Assembly (NCBI GenBank): GCA_046583355.1
Contig: JAYGCM010000088.1
Location: forward strand, 1-12,506
Source: Deltaproteobacteria bacterium
Lineage (GTDB): Bacteria > Desulfobacterota > Binatia > UBA12015
Length of the DNA: 12,506 nucleotides
Direction: 5' to 3'
Below, one piece after another: positions 1 through 8,266 of this stretch. Each line of letters begins with the position of its first letter. Position 1 is the stretch's first letter. Position numbers and translations under genes: made by a program. The notes under the pieces were generated by a model. That model ran no database searches. It worked only from the letters and a program-made list of their open reading frames with translations, and had not been told where the DNA came from.

Positions 1-2
1 CG

Positions 3-290
3 CAAGAAGATATCGTCGTGAAAGGAACGCGGCCGCAGCTGCGCGCCACCGAGCCAGGAGCGCAGCGCGGCCCGCCCCTTCACGGTTGCCGCAAATACCC
101 TTCGAGAACCACGCTTTTCGCTTCGGCCGACGATGAAACCCGCCCTCTCCAATGCCGAAAGCACCTGATACACCTGGCCGTAGCCAACCTCTCGAATATC
201 AGCGAGGCGAGCCTCGAATTCGTTACGAACCGCGTAGCCGTGTTGCGGACGCTCAGCGATCAAACCCAGAACTGCATACTTGATGGACAT
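3..290 (-). CDS. PadR-family winged-helix transcriptional regulator (3' end beyond left edge of window)
   Basis: Manual translation from ATG at 290-288 gives MSIKYAVLGLIAERPQHGYAVRNEFEARLADIREVGYGQVYQVLSALERAGFIV...RRVFAATVKGRAALRSWL...FHDDIFL, open to the window edge. It has the PadR signatures LGLL..P.HGY, GQ(I/V)Y..L..LE..G and Y/F..T..G...L..WL. GGAG RBS lies at 300-297. Confidence 0.92.
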   Translation of the reverse strand, partial: MSIKYAVLGLIAERPQHGYAVRNEFEARLADIREVGYGQVYQVLSALERAGFIVGRSEKRGSRRVFAATVKGRAALRSWLGGAQLRPRSFHDDIFL

Positions 291-426
291 TCGTCTCTCC
301 CGGTACAGGAATCAGAAACAGATCTCTGCTCCTATGCCCGGCGCGGGACGAGGTCGACGATATAGGGAAAGAAAATGTCTCCCCTGCAGCACCCAAAGGG
401 CGCGGCATGCCCATCAATTTTGCGAT

Positions 427-1377
427 TCAGACGTCGGTCGGGATGATCGGTGCTCCGTTTTCATCGAGGCGATGCAGGTACTCCACAATGCCATGGCCGC
501 GCAGGTCGCCCCAAGAAAAAACGCTCACGCTCTGGCAAGAGAGGTATTTCACCTGATTTGCACTGCCTGCAAGAGGTGCCGTATGGAGCATCTCCACTTC
601 GATCCGATGGCGCTTGCGCGAGGAGTCGACCAACGAGAGGGCGAGTGCCTTGGGGTAGGGGAAATCGGCCTCTGGCTCGGTCTCAATCCGACCGCTGACA
701 ATCTCGCGAATTTCATCCTCGACCTTGATCCAGCCGGTCAGATGCGGCCCGTCCTCGGCCCAGCGACGCTCCAGGCTCAACGCCCCGCCGCCCTCGAATC
801 TTGCCTCGATCCGGCGACGAGCCTTGGGAATCTGGGAATCCTGCGTCCCCCAACTACGGTCGCGTAGACCGGCAACATCGATCTCGTATTGATCGCCCGA
901 CACCCAGATCTCACCGCGCACCTGAACGGTTTGCGCAAAGGCATCTGGGTGCAGGTCTGTGGACACGGGCTTGTCTTCTGCCTCGAATTCGAGATCGACG
1001 ATGACGCGTTCCAGCCGTGATTTATGCCAGAATTCATGGTCGCCCGCGTTGCGACACGAGGCGAGCGCATGCGCCCCCCCGTCGTAGACAATATGCCAAC
1101 TCGCGCCTTCTTGGGTGAAGGAAACGCCCTCGACCTCAAGCTCGGTTTTGCCCGGACTGAGGCGGCCGACATGGCGTGCGCCCAGAAGGCCGCCGTCGGC
1201 GAGGAAAATATCGAGACCCACATCCATCGTTTGTTGATTCGGACGCAGGTTCAGCCGTGCGAGAAAGCCAAGGGTCTCGCCCGGCTGCACGAAGCGGAAG
1301 CCCAGCGACTCGGTAAAGCCGACCTCACGGGTCGGACGGTGGATCTTGTCGACGCTCGCCTCAGAAAGAAGATGCAT
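427..1377 (-). CDS. Uncharacterised 316-aa beta-rich protein with RDRSWG motif (DUF7064/DUF7065-like; possibly AttH/tocopherol-cyclase-like fold)
   Basis: Long ORF in the operon. The ATG at 1377 lies 2 nt after the YciI stop, so it is preferred over the ORF-track start at 1425. It contains an N-terminal 'FTES..F.F' segment, 'Q...V.GEI.V.G..Y.IDV.GLRDRSWG' and a C-terminal 'G.GIVEY', which recall this family. The family name is tentative. Confidence 0.7.
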   Translation of the reverse strand: MHLLSEASVDKIHRPTREVGFTESLGFRFVQPGETLGFLARLNLRPNQQTMDVGLDIFLADGGLLGARHVGRLSPGKTELEVEGVSFTQEGASWHIVYDGGAHALASCRNAGDHEFWHKSRLERVIVDLEFEAEDKPVSTDLHPDAFAQTVQVRGEIWVSGDQYEIDVAGLRDRSWGTQDSQIPKARRRIEARFEGGGALSLERRWAEDGPHLTGWIKVEDEIREIVSGRIETEPEADFPYPKALALSLVDSSRKRHRIEVEMLHTAPLAGSANQVKYLSCQSVSVFSWGDLRGHGIVEYLHRLDENGAPIIPTDV

Positions 1378-1379
1378 TT

Positions 1380-1676
1380 TCAGGAATCCCCGGGGAAGAC
1401 CTGCGCGGCCGGACGACATTCCCACGAAGCGAAAACACCTTCGAGAACGTAAGGATCATTACCACAATGGGTGCGTGCCTGGTCCAGATCGGGTGCTTCG
1501 AAGAGCACAATCGAGCCGCACGGCGTCTTGCCATCGTCGCGAAAGATCGGTCCAGCAAACTGAATGCGCTTCTCGCGCTCCAACTCCTTGAGGTGTTCGA
1601 GGTGGCGTGGGCGTACGGCCGGGCGGCGAGCCAATCCGTCAGGGCCATCATGACCGAGCATTGCGAAAAGCGGCAT
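1380..1676 (-). CDS. YciI-family protein (98 aa)
   Basis: MPLFAMLGHDGPDGLARRPAVRPRHLEHL...AGP...GSIVLFEA.DLDQAR....NDPYV.EGVF carries the YciI motifs R..HL, AGP, GS and DPY...G. The ATG at 1676 is 1 nt after the upstream stop. Confidence 0.93.
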   Translation of the reverse strand: MPLFAMLGHDGPDGLARRPAVRPRHLEHLKELEREKRIQFAGPIFRDDGKTPCGSIVLFEAPDLDQARTHCGNDPYVLEGVFASWECRPAAQVFPGDS

Positions 1677-1677
1677 T

Positions 1678-2676
1678 TCAATTCTCCTGGACTTGCGCGA
1701 CCGACTCACGGCGGCCGCTTCTCAAGGAGCGATAGCATGCATCGACGATTGCTACCGCCCGCGCGCCATCGACCGGGGTAATCGGCGCCGGCGCGTTGCC
1801 GCGCACCATCGCCTCGAAAGCGCGCAGGGTTTCGCGCACCGTTGGCAGATCCGCCAACCGCTCCTCGCGAACGATACGATTGCCCTGAAGCAAAGCGATC
1901 GAATGGTGCGCATGGTCGGCTACAATCTGCCCCGCATCCCCGATCAGGCGGATCTCGCCGTAGCGGCTACGCGTACCTCGCGAGGCGCTGATCGCCGCGA
2001 GAAGAGTGCCGCCGCCAGCCTGGCCAAGAAAGAGCGTCGCGGCAAAACTATCTTCGGTGCTTTGGGTGGCGACGCGCCCGGCAAAGCAACTGACCTCTTG
2101 TGCCTCGGCGCCGGTCAGGTAGCGCGCCAGGTCGAATTGGTGAATCCCCGTATGCAGGATATTACCGCCACCCGAGATTGCCGGGTCATCGAGCCACGCG
2201 AGCCGGCTCGGCTCGAAGCTCTGGCCGAGGATGATCTGATGCGGCGCACCGACCTCGGGCGCCCATTCCAGAACCTTCTGCACGACGGCCGAGAAGCGCA
2301 GGGTATGCGCCACCATCACCGGCACGCCGCTGCCTTCGATCCGTGCCACCATCGCGACAGCTTCTTTTGCATTGATGGCAAAAGGCTTCTCTATCAGAAG
2401 CGGCTTTCCCTCGGCCGTACACGCACGCACGACCTCCCGATGCAGGCTGGGCGGCACCACCGCGACCACGGCCTCCACCGCGCGGTCGGCCGCGAGGCCC
2501 CAGAGGTCGTCGTGGAAACGCGCACCCAGATCGTCGGCCCGCGCACGCCCCTGCCGCGCATCGCGCCGCGTCACAGCCGCGATGCGCAGACCTTTGAGGT
2601 CGTTCTCAATATGACCGGCGTAGCGCTCGCCGTGCTTGCCGAGGCCGATCAAGCCGATCCCGATGGGAGCATTCAT
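1678..2676 (-). CDS. Gfo/Idh/MocA-family NAD(P)-dependent oxidoreductase
   Basis: Rossmann motif IGLIGLGKHG, 'V.AVV.V.P.SLH', 'GK.LLIEKP', 'V.H.LRF', 'GGG.IL..GIH..D' and C-terminal 'DG.RAV.IVDA.Y.S...G'. GGAG lies about 6 nt upstream of the ATG. Confidence 0.95.
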   Translation of the reverse strand: MNAPIGIGLIGLGKHGERYAGHIENDLKGLRIAAVTRRDARQGRARADDLGARFHDDLWGLAADRAVEAVVAVVPPSLHREVVRACTAEGKPLLIEKPFAINAKEAVAMVARIEGSGVPVMVAHTLRFSAVVQKVLEWAPEVGAPHQIILGQSFEPSRLAWLDDPAISGGGNILHTGIHQFDLARYLTGAEAQEVSCFAGRVATQSTEDSFAATLFLGQAGGGTLLAAISASRGTRSRYGEIRLIGDAGQIVADHAHHSIALLQGNRIVREERLADLPTVRETLRAFEAMVRGNAPAPITPVDGARAVAIVDACYRSLRSGRRESVAQVQEN

Positions 2677-2777
2677 CTCGGCTCCGGGTCTATCAGAATG
2701 CCGCTGGAGGAAAACCCATGAATCTGGTTGGGATGGCTATGCGTCGCAGGGGCGCGGATTCGGCAAAGGAGCATGGC

Positions 2778-3191
2778 ATGGCGAGATTTGGTGTAAGCGA
2801 GACAATCGAAGTCCCGGTCGAGAAGGTCTGGAGACTGCTGCGAAATTTCGGTGACGTAAGCTGGGTTCCGGGAATGGGCGAGTCGGCCCGTGTCGAGGGC
2901 GAAGGCGTCGGCATGTCGCGCTTCTTCGGTACGCCGGGAGCCGAAATCCAGGAGACCCTCACGGCCTTTGATGAAGAAGCTCGGACCTTCTCCTACGAAA
3001 TCCCGAATAACCTGCCACTGCCGCTCGACAGCTATCTCGCCACTGTGGTCCTGAAGGACGCAGGCAGCGGCAAAACCGAGATCGATTGGAGTTGCGAGGC
3101 CGAACCCACCGGCACGCATGAAGAAGCCGAAGCCGCGATCAACGGCATGTACACGATGCTCATCGGCTGGATCAAAGACGCGTTGGCGTAG
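2778..3191 (+). CDS. SRPBCC/START-superfamily (polyketide cyclase/dehydrase-like) ligand-binding protein, 137 aa
   Basis: MARFGVSETIEVPVEKVWRLLRNFGDVSWVPG...GEGVGMSR...E.L..FDEEAR.FSY.I...PLP...Y.ATV...T.IDW is the typical Polyketide_cyc2 pattern. The AAGGAG RBS at 2766-2771 supports the start at 2778 rather than 2718. Confidence 0.9.
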   Translation: MARFGVSETIEVPVEKVWRLLRNFGDVSWVPGMGESARVEGEGVGMSRFFGTPGAEIQETLTAFDEEARTFSYEIPNNLPLPLDSYLATVVLKDAGSGKTEIDWSCEAEPTGTHEEAEAAINGMYTMLIGWIKDALA

Positions 3192-3214
3192 GCGGGGCGG
3201 ATTGAGGTGGGGGG

Positions 3215-3243
3215 TTGCGGAGGGGGAGGTTGCGGATTATAAC
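3215..3243 (+). promoter_or_regulatory. Putative sigma70-type promoter of the tetR-MFP-RND operon
   Basis: -35 TTGCGG (3215-3220), a 17-bp spacer and -10 TATAAC (3238-3243), in the intergenic region upstream of tetR. Confidence 0.65.
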
Positions 3244-3266
3244 GGAACTGACTGGTCAGTTCCGTT
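3241..3266. promoter_or_regulatory. Perfect inverted repeat, probable TetR operator
   Basis: AACGGAACTGAC-TG-GTCAGTTCCGTT has 12-bp perfect arms and a 2-nt spacer. It overlaps the -10 box and the predicted transcription start, 59 nt upstream of tetR. Confidence 0.85.
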
Positions 3267-3325
3267 TTGATTCAGCCGCCTCTTTCGGGCGGCGCGAAGT
3301 GCTGGGCTTGGTCGCAGAGAGTTTG

Positions 3326-3961
3326 ATGCCGGGAAGACAGAAGAGTGATGCGAAAAAAGAGGCGATCCTTCGGGCCGCATCAGAGGAATTTGCCGAGCGC
3401 GACTTCCACGAAGTGTTGATGGAAGATGTCGCCGCCCGCGCCGGCGTCGGCAAGGGAACGCTTTACCGCTACTTCCCGAACAAGGACGACCTCTTTGCCG
3501 CCAGCGTGGCCCATAGTCTGGAAGATTCGAACGGCGAACTGGCCGATTTTCTCACCGGGCCCGGCAGCATCGAGCAAATTCTGACCGGCGCGTTGACGCG
3601 CATGTTGGTCTATTTTCGCGGCCGCGGGAACCTTCTCACCCTCATCCAGCGCCATGAGAACCGGTTACCGGCCGAGACGCGGGCGCGCTGGGAAGAGCGG
3701 CGGCTCAATGTCCGCGACAAAATCCGGGCGCTCCTCGACCATGAACTGGCGAGCGGCCGGCTGAGTTTCGCCGACACGGACCTCGCAGCCCAGATGCTCC
3801 TCGGGATGTTCCGCACCGCAGTCACCGGCGTTGCCCCGAAGATCGGGCACGAAGAAGAAATCGCGGCTCGCATCGTCGCTCTTTTTCTCGATGGCGTCCA
3901 TGGCCCGTCCGCCACACCCGGCGATACCGCTCAACGTAGCGCCCAAGGAAGTGTGTCATGA
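3326..3961 (+). CDS. TetR/AcrR-family transcriptional regulator
   Basis: HTH 'ILRAASEEFAERDFHEVLMEDVAARAGVGKGTLYRYFPNKDDLF' starts about 12 aa after the ATG at 3326. Its stop overlaps the next start (ATGA). Confidence 0.95.
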   Translation: MPGRQKSDAKKEAILRAASEEFAERDFHEVLMEDVAARAGVGKGTLYRYFPNKDDLFAASVAHSLEDSNGELADFLTGPGSIEQILTGALTRMLVYFRGRGNLLTLIQRHENRLPAETRARWEERRLNVRDKIRALLDHELASGRLSFADTDLAAQMLLGMFRTAVTGVAPKIGHEEEIAARIVALFLDGVHGPSATPGDTAQRSAQGSVS

Positions 3962-5061
3962 GCATGCCCCTTCGTTCGGCCGCCTCTGCCTGCCTGATGC
4001 TCGCCGCCCTGCTCCTCGCCGCCGCCTGCTCCTCCAATGAGAAGGATAGGGCCGAGGCCGCGCCACCTACACCAGGCACGCCAGCCTCCGTGCCGGTGAC
4101 TCTGGCCACAGCAAGGCTTGCGGTCATCGAGCGCAAAGTTCATTTCGTCGGCACCATGAAGGCGGGCGCCGAGGCCGAGGTTGCCGCCGAGGTCGATGGC
4201 CGCCTGATTTCGGTCGAGGCCAATATGGGCGATGCCGTCGGTTCCGGCCAGATTCTGGCAACGATCGACGGGGCCGCCCTGGAAGCTCGCCTACGCGAAG
4301 CCAGCGCGGTGCTGGTTCGCGCGCAAAACGAATTGGATCGAGCGAGCCGGCTCGGCACCGAAGGCGTCATCTCGCAGCAACGGCTTGACGACCTCGCCTC
4401 GCAACGCGATATCGCCCAGGCGCGCCGCGATGTGCTGGCAATCGAAGTCGAGAACACCCATGTGCGCGCACCCTTTACCGGCCGCATCGCCAAGCGCCTG
4501 GCTGACGTCGGCAGCTATATACGGCGCGGTTCGACGCTCTTCGTTCTCGTCTCCGACAACCCGCTACGCCTGCGCGGCGAGGTACCGGAGCGCTATACGG
4601 CCGAGATCGCGGTCGGCCAAGAGGTCGAAGCAAAAGTTGTCGCCTACCCGGACCTCGCAATCCACGGACGCCTGACCCGCATCAGCGCCGCCGCCGATGC
4701 CAGCAGCCGTGCCCTCAGCATCGAGGCCCTCATACCCAATGGCGACGGCCGCCTGAAACCCGGATTTTTCACCAAGGCCGATATCATCACGCGGCGCGAA
4801 GACGCCATCCTCATTCCCGCCGAAGCTGTGATCCGGGCAGCCGGGGTACAGCGTGTATTTTTGGTAGACGACAACGGAATTGCCCATACCCGCATGATCC
4901 GAACAGGCGTCCGGCGCGGCGCCGAAATTGAGGTTCTCGAAGGCCTCCAGATCGGCGATCGCGTGGCAACCAGCGGGCTTGCTCGCCTCTGGGACGGTGC
5001 CCGGGTCAGCCTGCGCCAAGCCTGGGACGGGCGGCACGCAAGCCGCGATCTACACTCGTGA
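3958..5061 (+). CDS. RND efflux periplasmic adaptor (membrane fusion protein), lipoprotein
   Basis: Signal peptide with lipobox LAAA-C (Cys24 at 4027-4029), lipoyl halves 'V.AEVDGR...V....GDAV..GQ.LA.ID' and 'VRAPFTGRI......VG..I..G', a coiled-coil hairpin, 'LKPGFF' and 'EVLEGL..GDRV..SG'. Confidence 0.96.
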   Translation: MSMPLRSAASACLMLAALLLAAACSSNEKDRAEAAPPTPGTPASVPVTLATARLAVIERKVHFVGTMKAGAEAEVAAEVDGRLISVEANMGDAVGSGQILATIDGAALEARLREASAVLVRAQNELDRASRLGTEGVISQQRLDDLASQRDIAQARRDVLAIEVENTHVRAPFTGRIAKRLADVGSYIRRGSTLFVLVSDNPLRLRGEVPERYTAEIAVGQEVEAKVVAYPDLAIHGRLTRISAAADASSRALSIEALIPNGDGRLKPGFFTKADIITRREDAILIPAEAVIRAAGVQRVFLVDDNGIAHTRMIRTGVRRGAEIEVLEGLQIGDRVATSGLARLWDGARVSLRQAWDGRHASRDLHS

Positions 5062-8000
5062 GCAAACTCGCAGAAATCTGCATTCGACGACCCGTCTTTG
5101 CGACCATGCTGATCGCGCTATTGGTGGTCCTCGGCATCCTCTCCTACCAACGCCTCGGCGTCGATCTCTATCCGGCCATCGAGCTGCCCTATGTAGGGGT
5201 GATCGCCACCCTGCCGGGTGCCTCGGTCGAAGAAGTCGAAAGCCGGCTTGCCAAGCCTATTGAAGAAGCGATCAATCCGATCGAGGGCATCGACACGATC
5301 GAAGCGACGGCGAGCGAGGGGGTGGCCAGCATTCGCGTCAGCTTCGTCCTCGAACGCGACCCGCAGCAGGCCGCCCAGGATGTGCGCGACAACGTCGCCG
5401 CCGCCATGGGCGACCTGCCCCCCGGCATCTCGCCGCCGATCGTCCGACGCTTCGACCTGGAAGCAATCCCGATCCTGCAAATCGCCATCTCCGGCGACCG
5501 TGACCTGCGTGAGCTCACCGAGATCACGCGCGAGCAAGTCGAAGAAGAGCTGGAGACCTTGCGCGGCGTCGGTAGCGTGAGCATCGCGGGCGACCGCAAG
5601 CGAGCGATTCATATCATCGTCGATACCGACCAACTCGATGCCTTCGGCCTCTCGATCCAGCAGGTCCGCGGCGCCTTGCAGACCCAGAATATCGAGGTCC
5701 CCGGCGGTCGGATCGACCAGGGGAGTCGCGAGCTCGTACTGCGCACACTCGGCCGCATCGAGAGCGTGAGCGATTTCGGCACGATTGTCGTCGGCACGAT
5801 CAGTGGCCGCCCGGTACTGCTCCGTGATCTCGCCACGATCGAGGATAGTTGGGTCGAGAGTCGCTCCCATGCCAGCCTCGACGGCCGCATCGCCATCACC
5901 CTCTCGGTGCAAAAACAATCGGGCGCCAATACCGTGGCTACGGCCCGTCGCGTACGCGAGAAGCTCAAGGAAATCGAGGGCAACCTACCCTCCGATATCA
6001 CCCTTGCCATCGTCAAGGATCAGAGTCGGTTCATCAAAGCATCGATTGATGAAGCCAAATTCCACCTCCTGCTCGGCGGCTTGCTGGTGGGACTCTCGAC
6101 CCTGATTTTCATGGGCGACGGTCGCTCGACGCTGATTGCCGCCATCGCGATCCCGACCTCGATCATCGCGACCTTCACCGCCATATGGGCCTTCGGCTTC
6201 ACCTTGAATCAGGTCACCCTGCTCGCCCTCATTTTATCGGTCGGGGTCGTCATCGACGATGCCGTCGTGGTGCTCGAGAATATCTACCGCCATATGGAAG
6301 AGCTCGGGAAGTCGGCCACCCAAGCCGCCATCGACGGCACCAAAGAGATTGGCCTGGCCGTCATGGCGACCACTCTCTCGCTGATTGTCATCTTCGTACC
6401 GCTTGCCTTCACGGGCGGAATGACCGGACAATACCTCTACGAATTCGGCATCACGACGGCCTTCGCGATTCTATTTTCGATGATTGTCTCTTTCGTCCTA
6501 ACGCCGATGCTCTGCTCGCGCTACCTCAAGGTAAAGAAGGGCGAGCGCACGGCCAAAGAGCGCCGCTTCTACAAGGCCATCGAACATTCCTATATGGCGC
6601 TGCTGCGCAAATCGCTCGACCATCGCTGGGTCGTGGTCGTGGTATCGATCCTCATCATTGCCTCGATCGTCCCGCTCGGCATGGCCGTCGGCAAAGATTT
6701 CATACCGACCGACGACGAAAGCGAGTTTCAGGTCGCCGTCCTTGCTCCGGAGGGGTACACGCTCGGGCGCAGCACCCGACTCTTCGAGGAAGTCGCCTCG
6801 CGTCTGGCGAAACTCGAAAACGTCGACCGGACCTTGCTCACGATCGGCGATCTCGGCGGCCTCTCTGGCAAGGGCCAGGGCGACGTTACCCGCGGCAGCA
6901 TCTACGTCGGCCTTGCCGAACTCGACGAGCGCGACGCCTCGCAGAACGATATCATGCTGCTGGCCCGAACAATGATGAGCGAGTACCCCGAGGTCCGCTC
7001 CAGCGTGCAATCGGTCTCGCCGTTCGGCGGTGGCCGCCGAACGGATTTCGAATTCGACCTGCTCGGCGACGAAATCGCCACCTTGGCGGCGCTCAGCGCG
7101 ACCTTCCAGGAGCGGCTCCGCAAGATCCCCGGCTTCGTTGACCTCGACTCGACCTTGGCGCTGCGCAAACCCGAAGTCCAAGCGCATATCGACCGACAAA
7201 AAGCCGCCGACCTCGGCATCCGCGTCCAGGATATCGCAAGCACCCTGCGCATGCTGGTGGGCGGGCAGATCGTCTCGACCTACAAAGAAGCCGACGAACA
7301 ATACGATGTCTGGATGCGGGCCGGGCTGCCCAACCGCACCGACCCCGAGGCAATCTACAACCTCCGCGTGGCGCGCCCCGGCGGCGAACCCGTGCGACTC
7401 TCCAATCTGGTGACCCTCTCCGAGGACGCCGGCCCCGCGCGCATCGACCGACGCGACCGCCGCCGCCAGGTCACCATCGTCGCCAACCTCGAGGGATTGG
7501 TGCTTGGCGACGCCGTGAAAATCGTCAAACGGCTCGAACAAGAAATCGGCCTGCCGGCGGGCTACTCGATCCAGCATTCGCATTATGCCGAGCGCATGAC
7601 AGAGACGGCCAACAACTTCCTATTCGCTTTCGGCCTGAGCGCCATCTTCATGTACATGGTGCTGGCCGCGCAATTCGAGAGCTTCGTCTACCCGATCTCG
7701 ATTCTGCTCTCGCTGCCGCTCTCGATACCCTTCGCCCTGCTCTCGCTGCTGATCGTCGGCAATACGCTGAACCTCTACTCCGGCCTTGGCCTCTTCATGC
7801 TCTTCGGCATCGTCAAGAAGAACGGCATTCTCCAGGTCGATTATACAAACCAGCTGCGGGCCGGGGGAATGCCGCGCCGCGAAGCAATCCTGCAAGCCAA
7901 CCAGGTCCGGCTCCGGCCGATTCTCATGACCACCGTCATGCTGGTGGCCGGCCTGCTGCCGGTGGCCCTCGGCACCGGCCCCGGCGCCGCCTCACGCGCC

Positions 8001-8111
8001 TCGATGGCCAACGTCATCATCGGCGGCCAGGCCCTCTGCCTCGTCATTACCCTGCTGGTGACGCCGGTCGCCTACTCCCTGCTCGACGACCTCACCTCTC
8101 GTCGACGATGA
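5058..8111 (+). CDS. RND efflux transporter permease, AcrB/AcrD/AcrF (HAE1) family
   Basis: 1017 aa with a GTG start overlapping the MFP stop (GTGA). It has 'IRRPVFA', TM4 'GVVIDDAVVVLENI', 'SFVLTPMLCSR', 'YMVLAAQFES...P', TM10 'GIVKKNGIL.VD' and TM11 'RLRPILMTT'. The proton-relay residues appear intact. Confidence 0.98.
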   Translation: MSKLAEICIRRPVFATMLIALLVVLGILSYQRLGVDLYPAIELPYVGVIATLPGASVEEVESRLAKPIEEAINPIEGIDTIEATASEGVASIRVSFVLERDPQQAAQDVRDNVAAAMGDLPPGISPPIVRRFDLEAIPILQIAISGDRDLRELTEITREQVEEELETLRGVGSVSIAGDRKRAIHIIVDTDQLDAFGLSIQQVRGALQTQNIEVPGGRIDQGSRELVLRTLGRIESVSDFGTIVVGTISGRPVLLRDLATIEDSWVESRSHASLDGRIAITLSVQKQSGANTVATARRVREKLKEIEGNLPSDITLAIVKDQSRFIKASIDEAKFHLLLGGLLVGLSTLIFMGDGRSTLIAAIAIPTSIIATFTAIWAFGFTLNQVTLLALILSVGVVIDDAVVVLENIYRHMEELGKSATQAAIDGTKEIGLAVMATTLSLIVIFVPLAFTGGMTGQYLYEFGITTAFAILFSMIVSFVLTPMLCSRYLKVKKGERTAKERRFYKAIEHSYMALLRKSLDHRWVVVVVSILIIASIVPLGMAVGKDFIPTDDESEFQVAVLAPEGYTLGRSTRLFEEVASRLAKLENVDRTLLTIGDLGGLSGKGQGDVTRGSIYVGLAELDERDASQNDIMLLARTMMSEYPEVRSSVQSVSPFGGGRRTDFEFDLLGDEIATLAALSATFQERLRKIPGFVDLDSTLALRKPEVQAHIDRQKAADLGIRVQDIASTLRMLVGGQIVSTYKEADEQYDVWMRAGLPNRTDPEAIYNLRVARPGGEPVRLSNLVTLSEDAGPARIDRRDRRRQVTIVANLEGLVLGDAVKIVKRLEQEIGLPAGYSIQHSHYAERMTETANNFLFAFGLSAIFMYMVLAAQFESFVYPISILLSLPLSIPFALLSLLIVGNTLNLYSGLGLFMLFGIVKKNGILQVDYTNQLRAGGMPRREAILQANQVRLRPILMTTVMLVAGLLPVALGTGPGAASRASMANVIIGGQALCLVITLLVTPVAYSLLDDLTSRRR

Positions 8112-8266
8112 GAGCCTGGCGGTCCGGCCGGAAAACAGGCCTGCTTTTCAGCAGATCGACGAACCCACCAGGAGCTGATACTCAGCCGGGACTACCTACC
8201 CGGACTCGGCCACGCAGCGCCGGTGCCCGGGAAAAGAATGCGGACTCATACCGCGGAGGATTCAAG

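Noticed and set aside
18..867. + strand ORFs 18..365, 280..867 and 450..698
   Set aside because: They are antisense to the PadR gene and the 316-aa gene, with no recognisable motifs.
1693..2721. 342-aa + strand ORF
   Set aside because: Antisense shadow of the Gfo/Idh/MocA gene. Long stop-free antisense frames are expected with high-GC codon bias, and the Arg/His-rich product has no motifs.
2738..2750. Possible sigma54 site TGGC...GC in the divergent promoter region
   Set aside because: GG-to-GC spacing is 9 nt rather than the required 10, and TTGC is absent.
3241..3270. Palindrome plus TTTT read as an intrinsic terminator of the SRPBCC gene
   Set aside because: The 2-nt spacer, the overlap with a -10 box and the position before a tetR gene favour an operator. 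A dual role cannot be excluded.
3215..3325. ORF-track N-terminal extension of TetR from TTG 3215
   Set aside because: This stretch holds the promoter and operator. The HTH position fits the ATG at 3326.
4989..5030. CTGGGACGG direct repeat at the MFP 3' end (WDG twice)
   Set aside because: Only 9 bp in two copies within coding sequence, consistent with chance or a trivial micro-duplication.
5118..7583. Long alternative-frame ORFs inside the RND gene (5118..5918 -, 6185..7141 +, 6498..7583 -)
   Set aside because: Shadow or off-frame ORFs fully inside a well-supported CDS, with biased composition.
8108..8266. 53-aa N-terminal extension of the small protein from ATG 8108
   Set aside because: It would bury the signal peptide, and a strong GGAGGA RBS precedes ATG 8267. 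The ATGA overlap may be chance.
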